From NCBI GenBank assembly GCA_028280105.1, contig JANQML010000093.1, forward strand, positions 1,206 through 65,205: DNA of 64,000 nt. The letters are read 5' to 3'. Of the stretch, positions 1-9,826 are shown piece by piece. Every line of letters starts with the position of its first letter. The first letter of the stretch is position 1. The notes beneath the pieces are model-generated. The model saw nothing but the letters and a program-made list of their open reading frames with translations. It was not told the origin of the DNA and did no database searches. Source of the stretch: Desulfobacula sp. (GTDB lineage Bacteria; Desulfobacterota; Desulfobacteria; Desulfobacterales; Desulfobacteraceae). Position numbers and translations under genes: made by a program.

Positions 1-414
1 TATCATCTCAAGAAACCGGCCGGTACCGGCCGCACATTTGTCATTCATGAGAAACTTATTCACCGTGCCGTCGGCATCAAGCGAAATCACCTTTGAATCC
101 TGCCCCCCGATATCAATGACCGTACGGACATCCGGATTCAGATAATGAACCCCTTTTGCATAACAGGTAATCTCTGTTACGGTTTTATGGGAAAACGGAA
201 CAAATTTACGTCCATAACCCGTTGAGACAATATAAGTAAAATCCGTTAACCGTGCCGCGGTTTCTTTTAACGCATTGTTTAAAACCGTTTCACTGGCCTT
301 TTGAATATCCCCGCCCGTCAGTTCCTTCTGAGCGCAGACGATCTCTCCATCTCCATTAAGAACAACAAATTCCGTGGTTGTCGAACCTAAATCAATTCCT
401 GCATAAAGTCCCAT
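1..414 (-). CDS. 2-hydroxyacyl-CoA dehydratase activator (HgdC/BadF/BadG/BcrA/BcrD ASKHA ATPase), 3' end outside window
   Basis: Not in ORF track; manual translation from ATG 414: MGLYAGIDLGSTTT...STGYGR...TEITCYAKG...VIDIGGQDSKVI...MNDKCAAGTGRFLEMI, the hallmark activator motifs. Confidence 0.92.
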   Translation of the reverse strand, partial: MGLYAGIDLGSTTTEFVVLNGDGEIVCAQKELTGGDIQKASETVLNNALKETAARLTDFTYIVSTGYGRKFVPFSHKTVTEITCYAKGVHYLNPDVRTVIDIGGQDSKVISLDADGTVNKFLMNDKCAAGTGRFLEMI

Positions 415-420
415 ATCACC

Positions 421-684
421 TCACTTGCCTTTCAATTCTAAAATCATTTCACTGATGCCGGTTATGGTGGATATCCGCTCATCAAAAAAAAAGTTTTCTC
501 CCAGTTCCACCGAGAAACAGTCCTCAATGTACCCAAAAAAGTCTTCCAGATAGACGGAGTCAATAATACCGTCTTCAAATAGATCTGATTCGCGTAAAAA
601 TTCGCGTTCATCCGCTTCAAAATCAAATTTTTCGCATAAATAGTTCAAAATCTGGCTTTCAATCTTACTTTTTAAAATTTCCAC
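421..684 (-). CDS. acyl carrier protein
   Basis: 87 aa, acidic, DLFEDGIIDSV phosphopantetheine motif. Confidence 0.88.
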   Translation of the reverse strand: MEILKSKIESQILNYLCEKFDFEADEREFLRESDLFEDGIIDSVYLEDFFGYIEDCFSVELGENFFFDERISTITGISEMILELKGK

Positions 685-757
685 GATAATTGCCTTTGAT
701 ATTTTAAAACAGGTTTTGGTTATGGCCGGATAAAAAATTACCGGAATAAACAGTGAG

Positions 758-2080
758 TTAGTTAGCAGGCCGTGAATCCGGAGGGATAGGGAATTGCCCC
801 TCCAATATCCGGTCCGTATCCGCCGCCTTCCGAAGAACTTGTATGGCTCCGTTCTCCACGGCCAGTTCCGGACAACACGGATGGGACAGGAAATGAAACG
901 GACTGGCGCTTAGATTGTAAGCCCCCATGAAAAAAACAGCCACAATATCCCCGGGTGCAATGGCCGGAACATCGAAATCTCTGCCGAAATTGTCCATTGG
1001 CGTACACAACGGTCCCACAATATCTGCTCTGCCCCGGGCTTTCTCACCCAGGCGATTGGCAACGCAAACCGGAAATTTGCGCTTAATTCTCTGGCCCAGA
1101 TTGCCGGTGGCCATGCTGTTGAAATTCATGCCCCCGTCCACAACGGCAAATGTCCGTGTCCGCGTCTTTTTTACATAGAGGACCCTGGTAAGGAAGATAC
1201 CGCAGCGGGCGGCAAGGTACCGGCCCAGTTCCAGCATAAAGGTGGTTTTGCCGAACAATGCCTCTCTTTTCGCGGATTGGATCACCGGGTTGAATGCATT
1301 GATGAATTCGGTTTCCTGAAAGGGAGGCTCATTTTTATAGTAAGGAATTCCAAATCCGCCGCCAAAATTGATAAAGCGGCACGACATGGATTGAGACCTG
1401 GCGATATTCAGCGTATTTCGTATATTTTTCATGGCCAGATCATAGTCAAAGATCTGGTTTCCCACGTACACGTGCAGCCCTTGAAAACGGATCCGATCCA
1501 TTTGACGGATCCGGGACATCACTTCGGGGATCTTTTCTTCTTCAATGCCGAAAGGGGTCGCCCCCCCGCCCATTCGCAACTGGGAGCCGGAAATATTTTT
1601 TTGGGGATTGATGCGGAGGCTGATAAAAACGGGGCGATTCAGTTCCTTTGAAACGGTGTTGATGGCTTCCAGCTCCTGAGTGGATTCGATATTGACGGAA
1701 AGGATGCCGGTTTGGGCTGCCAACCTCAGCTCCTCCACCGTCTTTCCCGGTCCGGCAAATATGATCTGCTCCGGAGCAAACCCTGCCTTTCTCACAATTG
1801 CCAGCTCACCGGCCGAGGCGATTTCAGCCCCTGCACCCAGTTGTTGAAAACGCTGGCAAATTCCCAGGGACGGGTTTGCTTTTACAGAATAAAAAATCGC
1901 CGCATCCCGGGTCAAACCGTTTCTTAACGACAGATAATTGTCCTTCAGTACGCCGAGATCATAGATATAAAGCGGTGTCGGAAAATCCGAAACAATCGAT
2001 GAAACCGTCACCCCGTCGATCAGCAGTTCGTTTCCTTTTTGACCGAAGTAGGTACCAATGATATCAGATGTTCTGTTCAC
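758..2080 (-). CDS. PLP-dependent group IV decarboxylase (LysA/BtrK-like)
   Basis: YSVKANP (PLP Lys), HVYVGNQ, INFGGGFG, ELGRYL, GPLCTPMD; likely GTG start at 2080 with GGAGG RBS. Confidence 0.88.
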   Translation of the reverse strand: MNRTSDIIGTYFGQKGNELLIDGVTVSSIVSDFPTPLYIYDLGVLKDNYLSLRNGLTRDAAIFYSVKANPSLGICQRFQQLGAGAEIASAGELAIVRKAGFAPEQIIFAGPGKTVEELRLAAQTGILSVNIESTQELEAINTVSKELNRPVFISLRINPQKNISGSQLRMGGGATPFGIEEEKIPEVMSRIRQMDRIRFQGLHVYVGNQIFDYDLAMKNIRNTLNIARSQSMSCRFINFGGGFGIPYYKNEPPFQETEFINAFNPVIQSAKREALFGKTTFMLELGRYLAARCGIFLTRVLYVKKTRTRTFAVVDGGMNFNSMATGNLGQRIKRKFPVCVANRLGEKARGRADIVGPLCTPMDNFGRDFDVPAIAPGDIVAVFFMGAYNLSASPFHFLSHPCCPELAVENGAIQVLRKAADTDRILEGQFPIPPDSRPAN

Positions 2081-3626
2081 TTCGCCCTCCTGTCCCCCCG
2101 GGCTTTTCCGGGGCAGCCTTAATCCGTTCAACCAGTTTTCTTTTATTAGTCTTTCCGTTTGAATTCATGGGAAACGGCTCTTCTATCCGTATAAACTTTT
2201 GTGGTACGGCATGGGGGGGCAGTTTCTCTCTGCATAAAGAGACGAGTTTGTGCTCTATATTTTCAGTCTCGGAGCAGTAGCAGGCCACGATCCGGTTTTC
2301 AGCATCCATGTTGGCTTCGGAGAAAACGGCAACCGCATCGGTGTTGAGTGCGGATTGAAGTAACTTTTCTATTTCCGGCGGATAGACCTTGTATCCGTTG
2401 ATCTTTATCATTTCATCCCTGCGGCCCTTAATATATAAATACCCGCACATATCCTTTTTACCAATATCTCCCGTGGGAAATCCGCGGGCGGCGTAATCGT
2501 AATATCGACCCAGCTGTATGTCCTCCCAATACCCTGCCATGACATTGTCGCCCCGGATCACGATTTCACCGCTCTCTTTGGAAATCTCTATTCTGTTGAT
2601 CGAACCGGGTTTTCCACAGGATTCAGGTTTTAATATCTCTTTATCCGGATAATGATACATGCTTGCGGCAGCACCGGCGTTTTCCGTCAAACCGTACCGG
2701 ATGACGACCGTTATCCATGGAAATACCGCTTTCAAGTCATGGATTAAGCGGGGGGAGACAGATGAAAGACCGATCTCAAAACACATTAAATGATCTTTCA
2801 GTTCATCCAGAACAATTTGGTTCCCCTTTAATTTAAGCAGGTAATAAAAGATAAAGGGAGGACCGGTAATGATGGATACCCGGTTCTTTTTTATGGTTTT
2901 TAAGAAACTCAACGGTGATACAAACCCATTGCTGAGCACCAGGGTGATTCCTTTGACCAGGGAGGCGAAAACAAGGGATTTGGAACAGGAGTGAGACAGC
3001 GGCAGCAGATTGAGCACCCGGGCGTTTTCACCCATTTTCCATCTTTCCAGCCATGATAATGAGGCGGAAATAAAATTTCGCTGTGTCAGCACCACACCCT
3101 TGGGACGGCCGGTTGAGCCGGAGGTATGCTGAATCAGGGCATAATCGGTTTCGTTCACCGTTTCATTTTTTGTGTTTTTATCCGTTTCAAACGTGCCAAT
3201 CGCTTCCATACCCGTGAAGCTGTTACCCGCTGCCGGGTTGGAATTCAGAACGATAACCCTGAGAAACGGAAATGCGGATATGATTGTCTGGGCGGTCTGG
3301 GAATCGATCTGCCTGAGAATCAGGCCTGATATCTCTGTTTTTTCAAAAAAATCGATCATAGCCGGAATATCCAGATCCGTGGAAAGCTGAACTTCAATGC
3401 AGCCCAGCTCCAGAATGGAGAGCAGCGAGAGGACATTTTCAATACAATTGGGCATTAACACCCCCACTCGGTCCCCTTTTACCAGACCTTTTTCCCGGAG
3501 CAGGCCGGCCATCTGACGGGTCTTTTTGTGCAAGGTCCCGTAAGAGATCGATTCATCTTTAAAAAGAATTGCCTTTTTTTCGGGATGAACCCGTGCCATC
3601 CGGCGGACATAATCGTTGATCAGCAT
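2064..3626 (-). CDS. AMP-dependent acyl/aminoacyl-CoA/ACP ligase
   Basis: HTSGSTGRPKG, YGLTE, TGDIG, GRRDEMIK, NGK motifs of the ANL superfamily. Confidence 0.9.
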   Translation of the reverse strand: MLINDYVRRMARVHPEKKAILFKDESISYGTLHKKTRQMAGLLREKGLVKGDRVGVLMPNCIENVLSLLSILELGCIEVQLSTDLDIPAMIDFFEKTEISGLILRQIDSQTAQTIISAFPFLRVIVLNSNPAAGNSFTGMEAIGTFETDKNTKNETVNETDYALIQHTSGSTGRPKGVVLTQRNFISASLSWLERWKMGENARVLNLLPLSHSCSKSLVFASLVKGITLVLSNGFVSPLSFLKTIKKNRVSIITGPPFIFYYLLKLKGNQIVLDELKDHLMCFEIGLSSVSPRLIHDLKAVFPWITVVIRYGLTENAGAAASMYHYPDKEILKPESCGKPGSINRIEISKESGEIVIRGDNVMAGYWEDIQLGRYYDYAARGFPTGDIGKKDMCGYLYIKGRRDEMIKINGYKVYPPEIEKLLQSALNTDAVAVFSEANMDAENRIVACYCSETENIEHKLVSLCREKLPPHAVPQKFIRIEEPFPMNSNGKTNKRKLVERIKAAPEKPGGTGGRSEQNI

Positions 3627-3642
3627 AATTAAAAACCGTGAG

Positions 3643-6600
3643 TTAAATATTTATCTCCCGCTGCCTGAAACGGGACCGGGTCATCTGAAACAGACGGCGG
3701 TCGTAAAACCGCCCCTCAATACATAAAGAATCCTGCAGTAAACCGATATCGTGCCATTGACTATACTCTGCCATGGCCAGCGCAGGTTTGTTGTCCGCTC
3801 TTATCTTCAGAATCGCTGTTTTTAAACCGGTTTCAATAAAGACTTTTTCCATCAACCGTTCTCCTGCGGCAAATGCGATTCCCCGGGCCCGGGACGGCAG
3901 GTCGCAAATCGCCATCCATGCTTCACAGGACCGGTTGTTCAGATCGATATCCGTCATACCGCAGATTCCGACAGGCGTGTTCTGATGTTCAATCACATAG
4001 GTTTTTTTATCTTTCCCTTTTAAAAAGAAACCATATCTTTTCGCATCAAATGCATTATGAAAAAACGGATCCAGCCATTGGGTGACGGCTGCGTCGCTCA
4101 ACCAGGCCGATATAAGGTGAAAGTGTTCGAAAGATGCGTCCCGGAGTTCAACACCGGTATCACCTCCGTTTTCCGTTTTACACGCATCCTTATCCGCGTT
4201 GAAAATGTCCGCAGTCAGATAACCGGACAGTGCCGACAGGGTCGGATACCGGGAAAACGCCATGGGGTCCACCCGGATTGACAATACGGTTGCCAGATGA
4301 TCCAGCATTTTTACGATAAAAATCGAATCAATGCCGAACTCGTGGAATTCAGCCGTCACCTCAATATCAAAGGGATCAATCGCCAACAGACGGGAGATGT
4401 TATCAATGAAAAAACGTTCCAGCCGCTTTTTGGCATCCGGCTCTGCCAATGATCGAATCTCTTCCAGGCCGCTGTCTTGGTACACCGGTTGCCTGCCCGG
4501 TTTTGCTGGAGGTACGGATAATGACTTTGTCTCGTTTTTAAACACCTGTCTGTCAAAGGGGTATGGCGGCAGCACCATTTTGGGAAGAAGGGGGGAGGAT
4601 GCATACCGCTTTTGAAAGTCAATCCTGACCCCGTTCACAAAAAGAGCGGCTGTTAAATCCGACAGGATGTTTGTATTGTAAAATTCCTGAATCAGGGGGG
4701 ATTCCACAATAACGGCCTTCGGGTTACCTTCCTTTATGATCTTTTTGACGGAACCGGTCTCTCTCCGGTTTGAAATCAACACACAAACCACCACGCCGTT
4801 TTTCCCGAGCACGGCCGGGTCGACCGCAGGTTCAACATCCTGATGTCTCAAAACGTCAGGATCGGCTGTCCCGGAGAGCTGTTCAAATGCCCGGTCATAG
4901 TCATTCGGGTTGCACACCACCCGGCTGGTATGCCGCCCGAATCCAAATCCGATGGAATCATCCTGAAGAATTCCATTGTCGTTCAGATGCCGGGCGGTTT
5001 CATATTGGTGCTTAAACGTGCGGGTGGCAGGATAGGCCGGATTAAAGTCGTCAAAAACAAAAACGAGCCGTTTCCCTCCGGGCCGTTTCAATGATCCGGC
5101 AGCCCCGGATGCGTTGAGAAAACTTTTAAGCGCGTTCTTTTTTCGGGCTGAGGAGGTGCGTTTACAGGACATCGGCTCCTCCACGTAAACGACCCCTTCT
5201 ATCTTTGACCATTCCCGGCTCCCGGGTTCTGAAATCGTTCCGAGTTTTTTCAGCAGGTCGTTAACGGACAATGCAATGACGGCGATTCGATGCGGTAACG
5301 CTGCCCGGCCGCAATTGTGGGTCATACAGAGACGGTCGAGCGATATATGGTCACAGGCCGCCAGATACCGGTAATATTCGGTGCATAACATCTTCAGACT
5401 CTTTAAAGAGGCCGCAGAAAGACAGAGAACATGATGCTGCCGGACAGCTCCGGGCGGGATCGAAGTTACAAAACTCAGATCCGGTTCCGGTGCTTCCAGA
5501 ATAATATGAACATTGGCGCCACCGATACCGAATGCACTGACTCCGGCCCGCCGGGGCGTGTCCGGGAAAACGGGCCAGTCCCGGCTCTCTTTGCAGATGT
5601 AAAAAGGGGACTTTTCCAGCCGTATCAACGGGTTCAGAGTCTCAAAGTGCAGATTTCCCGGAATTTTTCCATGTTTCATGGCCAGGAGAATCTTTGCAAT
5701 TGCAGCAACACCCGATGCACTTTCCATATTTCCGACATTTGTTTTGACCGAACAGAGCGCACAGCTTTTCCGGGTGCCTTCCCCAAACGCCTGTTTTAAC
5801 CCTTTTACCTCGATGCTGTCACCCATGACGAATCCGGCGCTGTTTGTTTCGATCATGGATACGGTGTCAGGGGCGATGTCCGCTTCTTTATAAGCGGCTG
5901 TAATCATATCTGAAATGGCCTTGGCACTGGGCATGGTGATGTTGGATGTATATCCGCTGTGACTGACTGCCGATCCTTTAACAATTCCCCAGATGTGATC
6001 TTTATCCTGCAAAGCGTTTTTCACGGGTTTTAATAAAAAGAGCCCTGCCCCTTCTGCCAGTGCAAATCCGTCAGCGGTTTCATCAAAACATTTGCACCGC
6101 CCCTCGGGAGAGAGCAGCCGCATCTGGCTCATGATGATAAAATGATCAACCGATGAGAGCAGACTGATGCCGCCGGCCAGGGCCATATCGCTTTCACCGC
6201 TTTTCAGGCTCTGGCATGCGCGGTGTACGGCTGCCAGGGTTGATGAACAGATGGTATCAATGGTCTCGCTCGGCCCATGAAAATTCATCTGGTAAGAGAC
6301 CCGGTTGGCGATCATTGCGTTGGCATAGTGCATACCGTTTATAAACGGGTTGTTGATATCGGCCGTATCATGAAAGTGACGGCTGTTTGAAGCGCCGATG
6401 AATACCCCCGTATTCGTATTCCAGAGTTTGTCCCCTCCGTAGCCTGACGACTCCAGGGTATTGACCGTCAGTTCCAGCATGATCCGCTGCATGGGATCCA
6501 CCTGCCCGGCTTCTCCGGGTGACAGCTTAAAGTAGGCGGCGTCAAACCTGTCCGGGCCGTCCATGAATCCCGCCCATTTGCTGTAGGTTTTTCCGGGCGC

Positions 6601-6771
6601 TGGTATCTGAGGAGAATAGTATATTCCGGGGTCCCACCGTTCCGGATGGACATGGGTGACACAATCCCTGCCCTGGACAAGGCTCTCCCAGAAATCTTCA
6701 GGGCACCTGGCAGACGGCAGGTCGACCGACATGCCGATGATGGCAATATCGTTATCTCTGGCTTTCCGCAT
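3643..6771 (-). CDS. type I PKS-like protein: KS (non-elongating) - degenerate AT remnant - ACP - C-terminal RimJ/RimL-type GNAT
   Basis: IAIIGMS, DPMQR, DTICSS, GIGGANVHIIL (KS); LPPYPFDR post-AT linker; FGIDSIF ACP; C-terminal ~170 aa with N-acetyltransferase pattern (PVGICGM...RARGIA...ADNKPA). Confidence 0.88.
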   Translation of the reverse strand: MRKARDNDIAIIGMSVDLPSARCPEDFWESLVQGRDCVTHVHPERWDPGIYYSPQIPAPGKTYSKWAGFMDGPDRFDAAYFKLSPGEAGQVDPMQRIMLELTVNTLESSGYGGDKLWNTNTGVFIGASNSRHFHDTADINNPFINGMHYANAMIANRVSYQMNFHGPSETIDTICSSTLAAVHRACQSLKSGESDMALAGGISLLSSVDHFIIMSQMRLLSPEGRCKCFDETADGFALAEGAGLFLLKPVKNALQDKDHIWGIVKGSAVSHSGYTSNITMPSAKAISDMITAAYKEADIAPDTVSMIETNSAGFVMGDSIEVKGLKQAFGEGTRKSCALCSVKTNVGNMESASGVAAIAKILLAMKHGKIPGNLHFETLNPLIRLEKSPFYICKESRDWPVFPDTPRRAGVSAFGIGGANVHIILEAPEPDLSFVTSIPPGAVRQHHVLCLSAASLKSLKMLCTEYYRYLAACDHISLDRLCMTHNCGRAALPHRIAVIALSVNDLLKKLGTISEPGSREWSKIEGVVYVEEPMSCKRTSSARKKNALKSFLNASGAAGSLKRPGGKRLVFVFDDFNPAYPATRTFKHQYETARHLNDNGILQDDSIGFGFGRHTSRVVCNPNDYDRAFEQLSGTADPDVLRHQDVEPAVDPAVLGKNGVVVCVLISNRRETGSVKKIIKEGNPKAVIVESPLIQEFYNTNILSDLTAALFVNGVRIDFQKRYASSPLLPKMVLPPYPFDRQVFKNETKSLSVPPAKPGRQPVYQDSGLEEIRSLAEPDAKKRLERFFIDNISRLLAIDPFDIEVTAEFHEFGIDSIFIVKMLDHLATVLSIRVDPMAFSRYPTLSALSGYLTADIFNADKDACKTENGGDTGVELRDASFEHFHLISAWLSDAAVTQWLDPFFHNAFDAKRYGFFLKGKDKKTYVIEHQNTPVGICGMTDIDLNNRSCEAWMAICDLPSRARGIAFAAGERLMEKVFIETGLKTAILKIRADNKPALAMAEYSQWHDIGLLQDSLCIEGRFYDRRLFQMTRSRFRQREINI

Positions 6772-7030
6772 ACCTGAGATCCATTAATTCAATTACGATG
6801 TCACTTTGACCGTCAATGGTCAAAAACCGTTCATCATATAGATATTCCTCATCCAGGCTCACCTTGAATTCCTTTTCCAGGTATGAAATCAATTTGACAA
6901 TCCCGAATGAATCCACGTATCCGTTTTCAAACAGGTCGCAGACATGGCTGAAGTCGGGATCATCTGCCCGGAGATTGAAACAGCTTCGTATAAACGTTTC
7001 GATTTTTTCCTGAATTTCTTTTTTTTTCAT
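6752..7030 (-). CDS. acyl carrier protein
   Basis: DLFENGYVDSFGIV motif, 92 aa. Confidence 0.88.
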   Translation of the reverse strand: MKKKEIQEKIETFIRSCFNLRADDPDFSHVCDLFENGYVDSFGIVKLISYLEKEFKVSLDEEYLYDERFLTIDGQSDIVIELMDLRYAESQR

Positions 7031-7302
7031 GATTTACACTCAATGTTTAATTGGGATTGTCCGGTGGTCTCCATCCGGAGTTCAACAAATTCTGCAATGG
7101 TTGATACGGTTGCAAAACTTTCAGCAGTTACGGCCTCCAGTTCAATATCGATACCGTATTGCTGCTCTAAAAAACCGAGGAGCTTCATGATCTGAAGCGA
7201 GTCGATGACTTGCTCTTTGATCAGGTCAGCCTCTGCATCAAACGGCAGGCTGTTATTTAACTCCTTTACAATATACGCTTGAACCTCATCCTTAACGTCC
7301 AC
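7027..7302 (-). CDS. acyl carrier protein
   Basis: DLIKEQVIDSLQIM motif, 91 aa. Confidence 0.88.
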   Translation of the reverse strand: MDVKDEVQAYIVKELNNSLPFDAEADLIKEQVIDSLQIMKLLGFLEQQYGIDIELEAVTAESFATVSTIAEFVELRMETTGQSQLNIECKS

Positions 7303-7303
7303 G

Positions 7304-8242
7304 TCACATCTCCTTATCTGTCAGTTTTAAAAGGGTTTTTGCATTTTTGTACAATATGTTTCGGATCTCTTCCTTGATGAAAACCGGTCCGATATCCGTT
7401 GGATTCACCAGTGTCTGAATCCGTTGAATATAGTCGGCCGGTGCCATGACACGATCTGTAAACGGCCAGTCCGTGCCGAAAAGAACATTGTCAGCCCCCA
7501 GCATATCCAGCGCCTTTCTCATCATACCGGCGAATTCGTTGGGATCTTGTTTACACCGGGCCTGAACCAGGGAAATATCTGTGTAGATACCGGAATTTGC
7601 ATATCCCAGCCAGCAAAGGGATTCAAACCAGCCGCCCCCCATGTGGGCGCCGACGATCCGGATGCCGGGAAAGGTGGAGACAATTTCGTCAATCTCCAGG
7701 GGCTGGCAGTACCGGCTCAATAAAGGACCGAATGTACATCCCGTATGTACGATGACCGGGATGTCGAATTGACGGGCTTTTTCAAAAATTTTCAAGCATG
7801 GGGTCTCATTGAGATGGAATCCGGTACCCGGATATAGTTTTAATCCTTTCATTCCCAGATGCCGGATACCGTGTGTCAAAATATCCAGCGCTTTGGGCCT
7901 GCGCGGATCAACCCCTGCAAACGGGATAATCCGGGGGGCGTGTTTTTCCGCAATCTTGCCGATTAAAATATTCTGCGTAAAAATATCGGTTTCAGGTTCG
8001 CCCAGGTGCAGCCCAAAATCCAGCGGCAGGACCACGCTCTTTGCGATACCCGCCCGGTCCATGGATGCAATCAGCTTTTCACCGGTGGGATCCCACAAGT
8101 CGGAGATCCGGTTTCCTTTTCGATGATTGAATATTCCGGCAATTGATTTTTCCGCCGGGTTGTCATAGGTATCCAGCCATTTCCACCATTTATCGGGGAG
8201 CCAGCTCCGTTCCAGAATATGGGCATGAGAATCGATAATCAT
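7304..8242 (-). CDS. amidohydrolase 2 family metallo-hydrolase/decarboxylase
   Basis: IIDSHAH, GLKLYP, VHTG, AHMGG, LFGTDWP. Confidence 0.88.
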   Translation of the reverse strand: MIIDSHAHILERSWLPDKWWKWLDTYDNPAEKSIAGIFNHRKGNRISDLWDPTGEKLIASMDRAGIAKSVVLPLDFGLHLGEPETDIFTQNILIGKIAEKHAPRIIPFAGVDPRRPKALDILTHGIRHLGMKGLKLYPGTGFHLNETPCLKIFEKARQFDIPVIVHTGCTFGPLLSRYCQPLEIDEIVSTFPGIRIVGAHMGGGWFESLCWLGYANSGIYTDISLVQARCKQDPNEFAGMMRKALDMLGADNVLFGTDWPFTDRVMAPADYIQRIQTLVNPTDIGPVFIKEEIRNILYKNAKTLLKLTDKEM

Positions 8243-8251
8243 AAGTTTGAA

Positions 8252-9778
8252 TCAGGCCCTTAACAGGGTTTTTGTTGATTTTCCGACATTGGACCGGGCA
8301 ATGGCGTCACAAAAGATGATGCGGGTGGCAACTTTATGTCTTTCCATTTTTCTCCTGCACAACCGTATGATATCATTCTCTGTGGGTCCGGATTGTGACC
8401 TGACAACTTTTAAGTGGATCGTTTTTCCGTATACCGGATCATCCACCCCATACGCTTCGGCTTCGCGCACCCCTGCCATGGACAGGACCAATTCCTCGAT
8501 TTCAATGGGGAACACCTTTTGTGCGCCGATTTTTAACATGTCATCCACCCGGCCTTTAAAAAAGAGCAGCCCGTCCCGGTCTTTGTATCCAAGATCACCG
8601 GTTTTAAATACCCGTTGAAAAACCGGTTCCGTTACACGCTTCAAATATCCCGGGGAAACATTGGGACCGGAAATATGGATTTCTCCGGTTTCATACCGTT
8701 CGCAGAGATCTCCGTTTGGATCCCGTATTGAAATATCGACACCGGGATTGGGTAACCCCATGGACAGGGCGTTTTGTGTCTGAACCTTATAGTATGTGGC
8801 CCGTGGTGATTCGGTTAGCCCGTATGTATTATAAATATCGACTCCCGGCAGAATCCGTAACAGGGATGCGATCAGTTTTGACGGCAGGCGGGCACTTGAA
8901 AATTCAATAAACCTCAGGTTGCTGCAATAGGTTTTTACCAAATCCGCGTGTTTTTCAACCCAGAGGGAAAAAAGCGGGGGAACCACATGAAGCGTAGTTA
9001 CCTGCTTTTCCCGGACCTGCTTCAACAGAGGCCCGACAAACACCGGATTCTCTCCCAGAATCAACCCGGCACCACATTTGATATACGCCAGAAGCTGCAG
9101 CAGACCGGCCAGGTGTGTCATCGGTATGCTGACAAGAGAACAGTCCCTGCCCGTCAGGTGTAAAAATGAGACCATCACGTTAACGGCATATTCAATATTT
9201 TTATATGACAATAAAACCCCTTTGGGTTGTCCGGTGGTCCCGGACGTATAGATGCAAAGGGCAATGGCTTCAGTATCGGCAGATTCCGCTCTGCCGCATT
9301 CATTCATACCGGTTTCCTGGGTGCCCCAAGAACGGGCCAGTCCCCTGTATTCAAAGCTCACTATAGATACCCGGTCCCTGTCCGCCGGTGAACCGTCTTT
9401 GTCAAGAAAGACATGGGACAGGCCGTGGGAGGTGCGGCAAATAGAATCAAAGATGTGGGAATGGGTAATAAAGACAACTGCATTCACATCGTTAAGAATA
9501 AAGCCCATCTTTTCCGGGGGGGTTTCCGGGTTGATGAGAACCGGTACAAATCCGGCATTGAGCACCCCAAAAAACGCCACCGGAAAATAATGGGTATTGG
9601 ACAGGGAGATACAGACAAAATCGCCCTGCCGCAGGCCGGTCTGTTTCAATGCATGGGCCAGGAGCTCCCCGTGCCGTTGAATCCGCCGATACGTATACGT
9701 CTTTTCCGATTCATGTGCGAGGATTTTTTCAGGATGTTGTTGCCGAATGTTTTCAATGTAATCGGTGATACGGTTCAC
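8252..9778 (-). CDS. AMP-dependent acyl-CoA/ACP ligase
   Basis: YTSGTTGQPKG, YGLTE, KTGDLG, GRVDDMLK. Confidence 0.9.
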   Translation of the reverse strand: MNRITDYIENIRQQHPEKILAHESEKTYTYRRIQRHGELLAHALKQTGLRQGDFVCISLSNTHYFPVAFFGVLNAGFVPVLINPETPPEKMGFILNDVNAVVFITHSHIFDSICRTSHGLSHVFLDKDGSPADRDRVSIVSFEYRGLARSWGTQETGMNECGRAESADTEAIALCIYTSGTTGQPKGVLLSYKNIEYAVNVMVSFLHLTGRDCSLVSIPMTHLAGLLQLLAYIKCGAGLILGENPVFVGPLLKQVREKQVTTLHVVPPLFSLWVEKHADLVKTYCSNLRFIEFSSARLPSKLIASLLRILPGVDIYNTYGLTESPRATYYKVQTQNALSMGLPNPGVDISIRDPNGDLCERYETGEIHISGPNVSPGYLKRVTEPVFQRVFKTGDLGYKDRDGLLFFKGRVDDMLKIGAQKVFPIEIEELVLSMAGVREAEAYGVDDPVYGKTIHLKVVRSQSGPTENDIIRLCRRKMERHKVATRIIFCDAIARSNVGKSTKTLLRA

Positions 9779-9826
9779 GAGTCTCCCTCCGGTTTTGGTA
9801 TCATAAAAATATGTGGAATCATTCCG

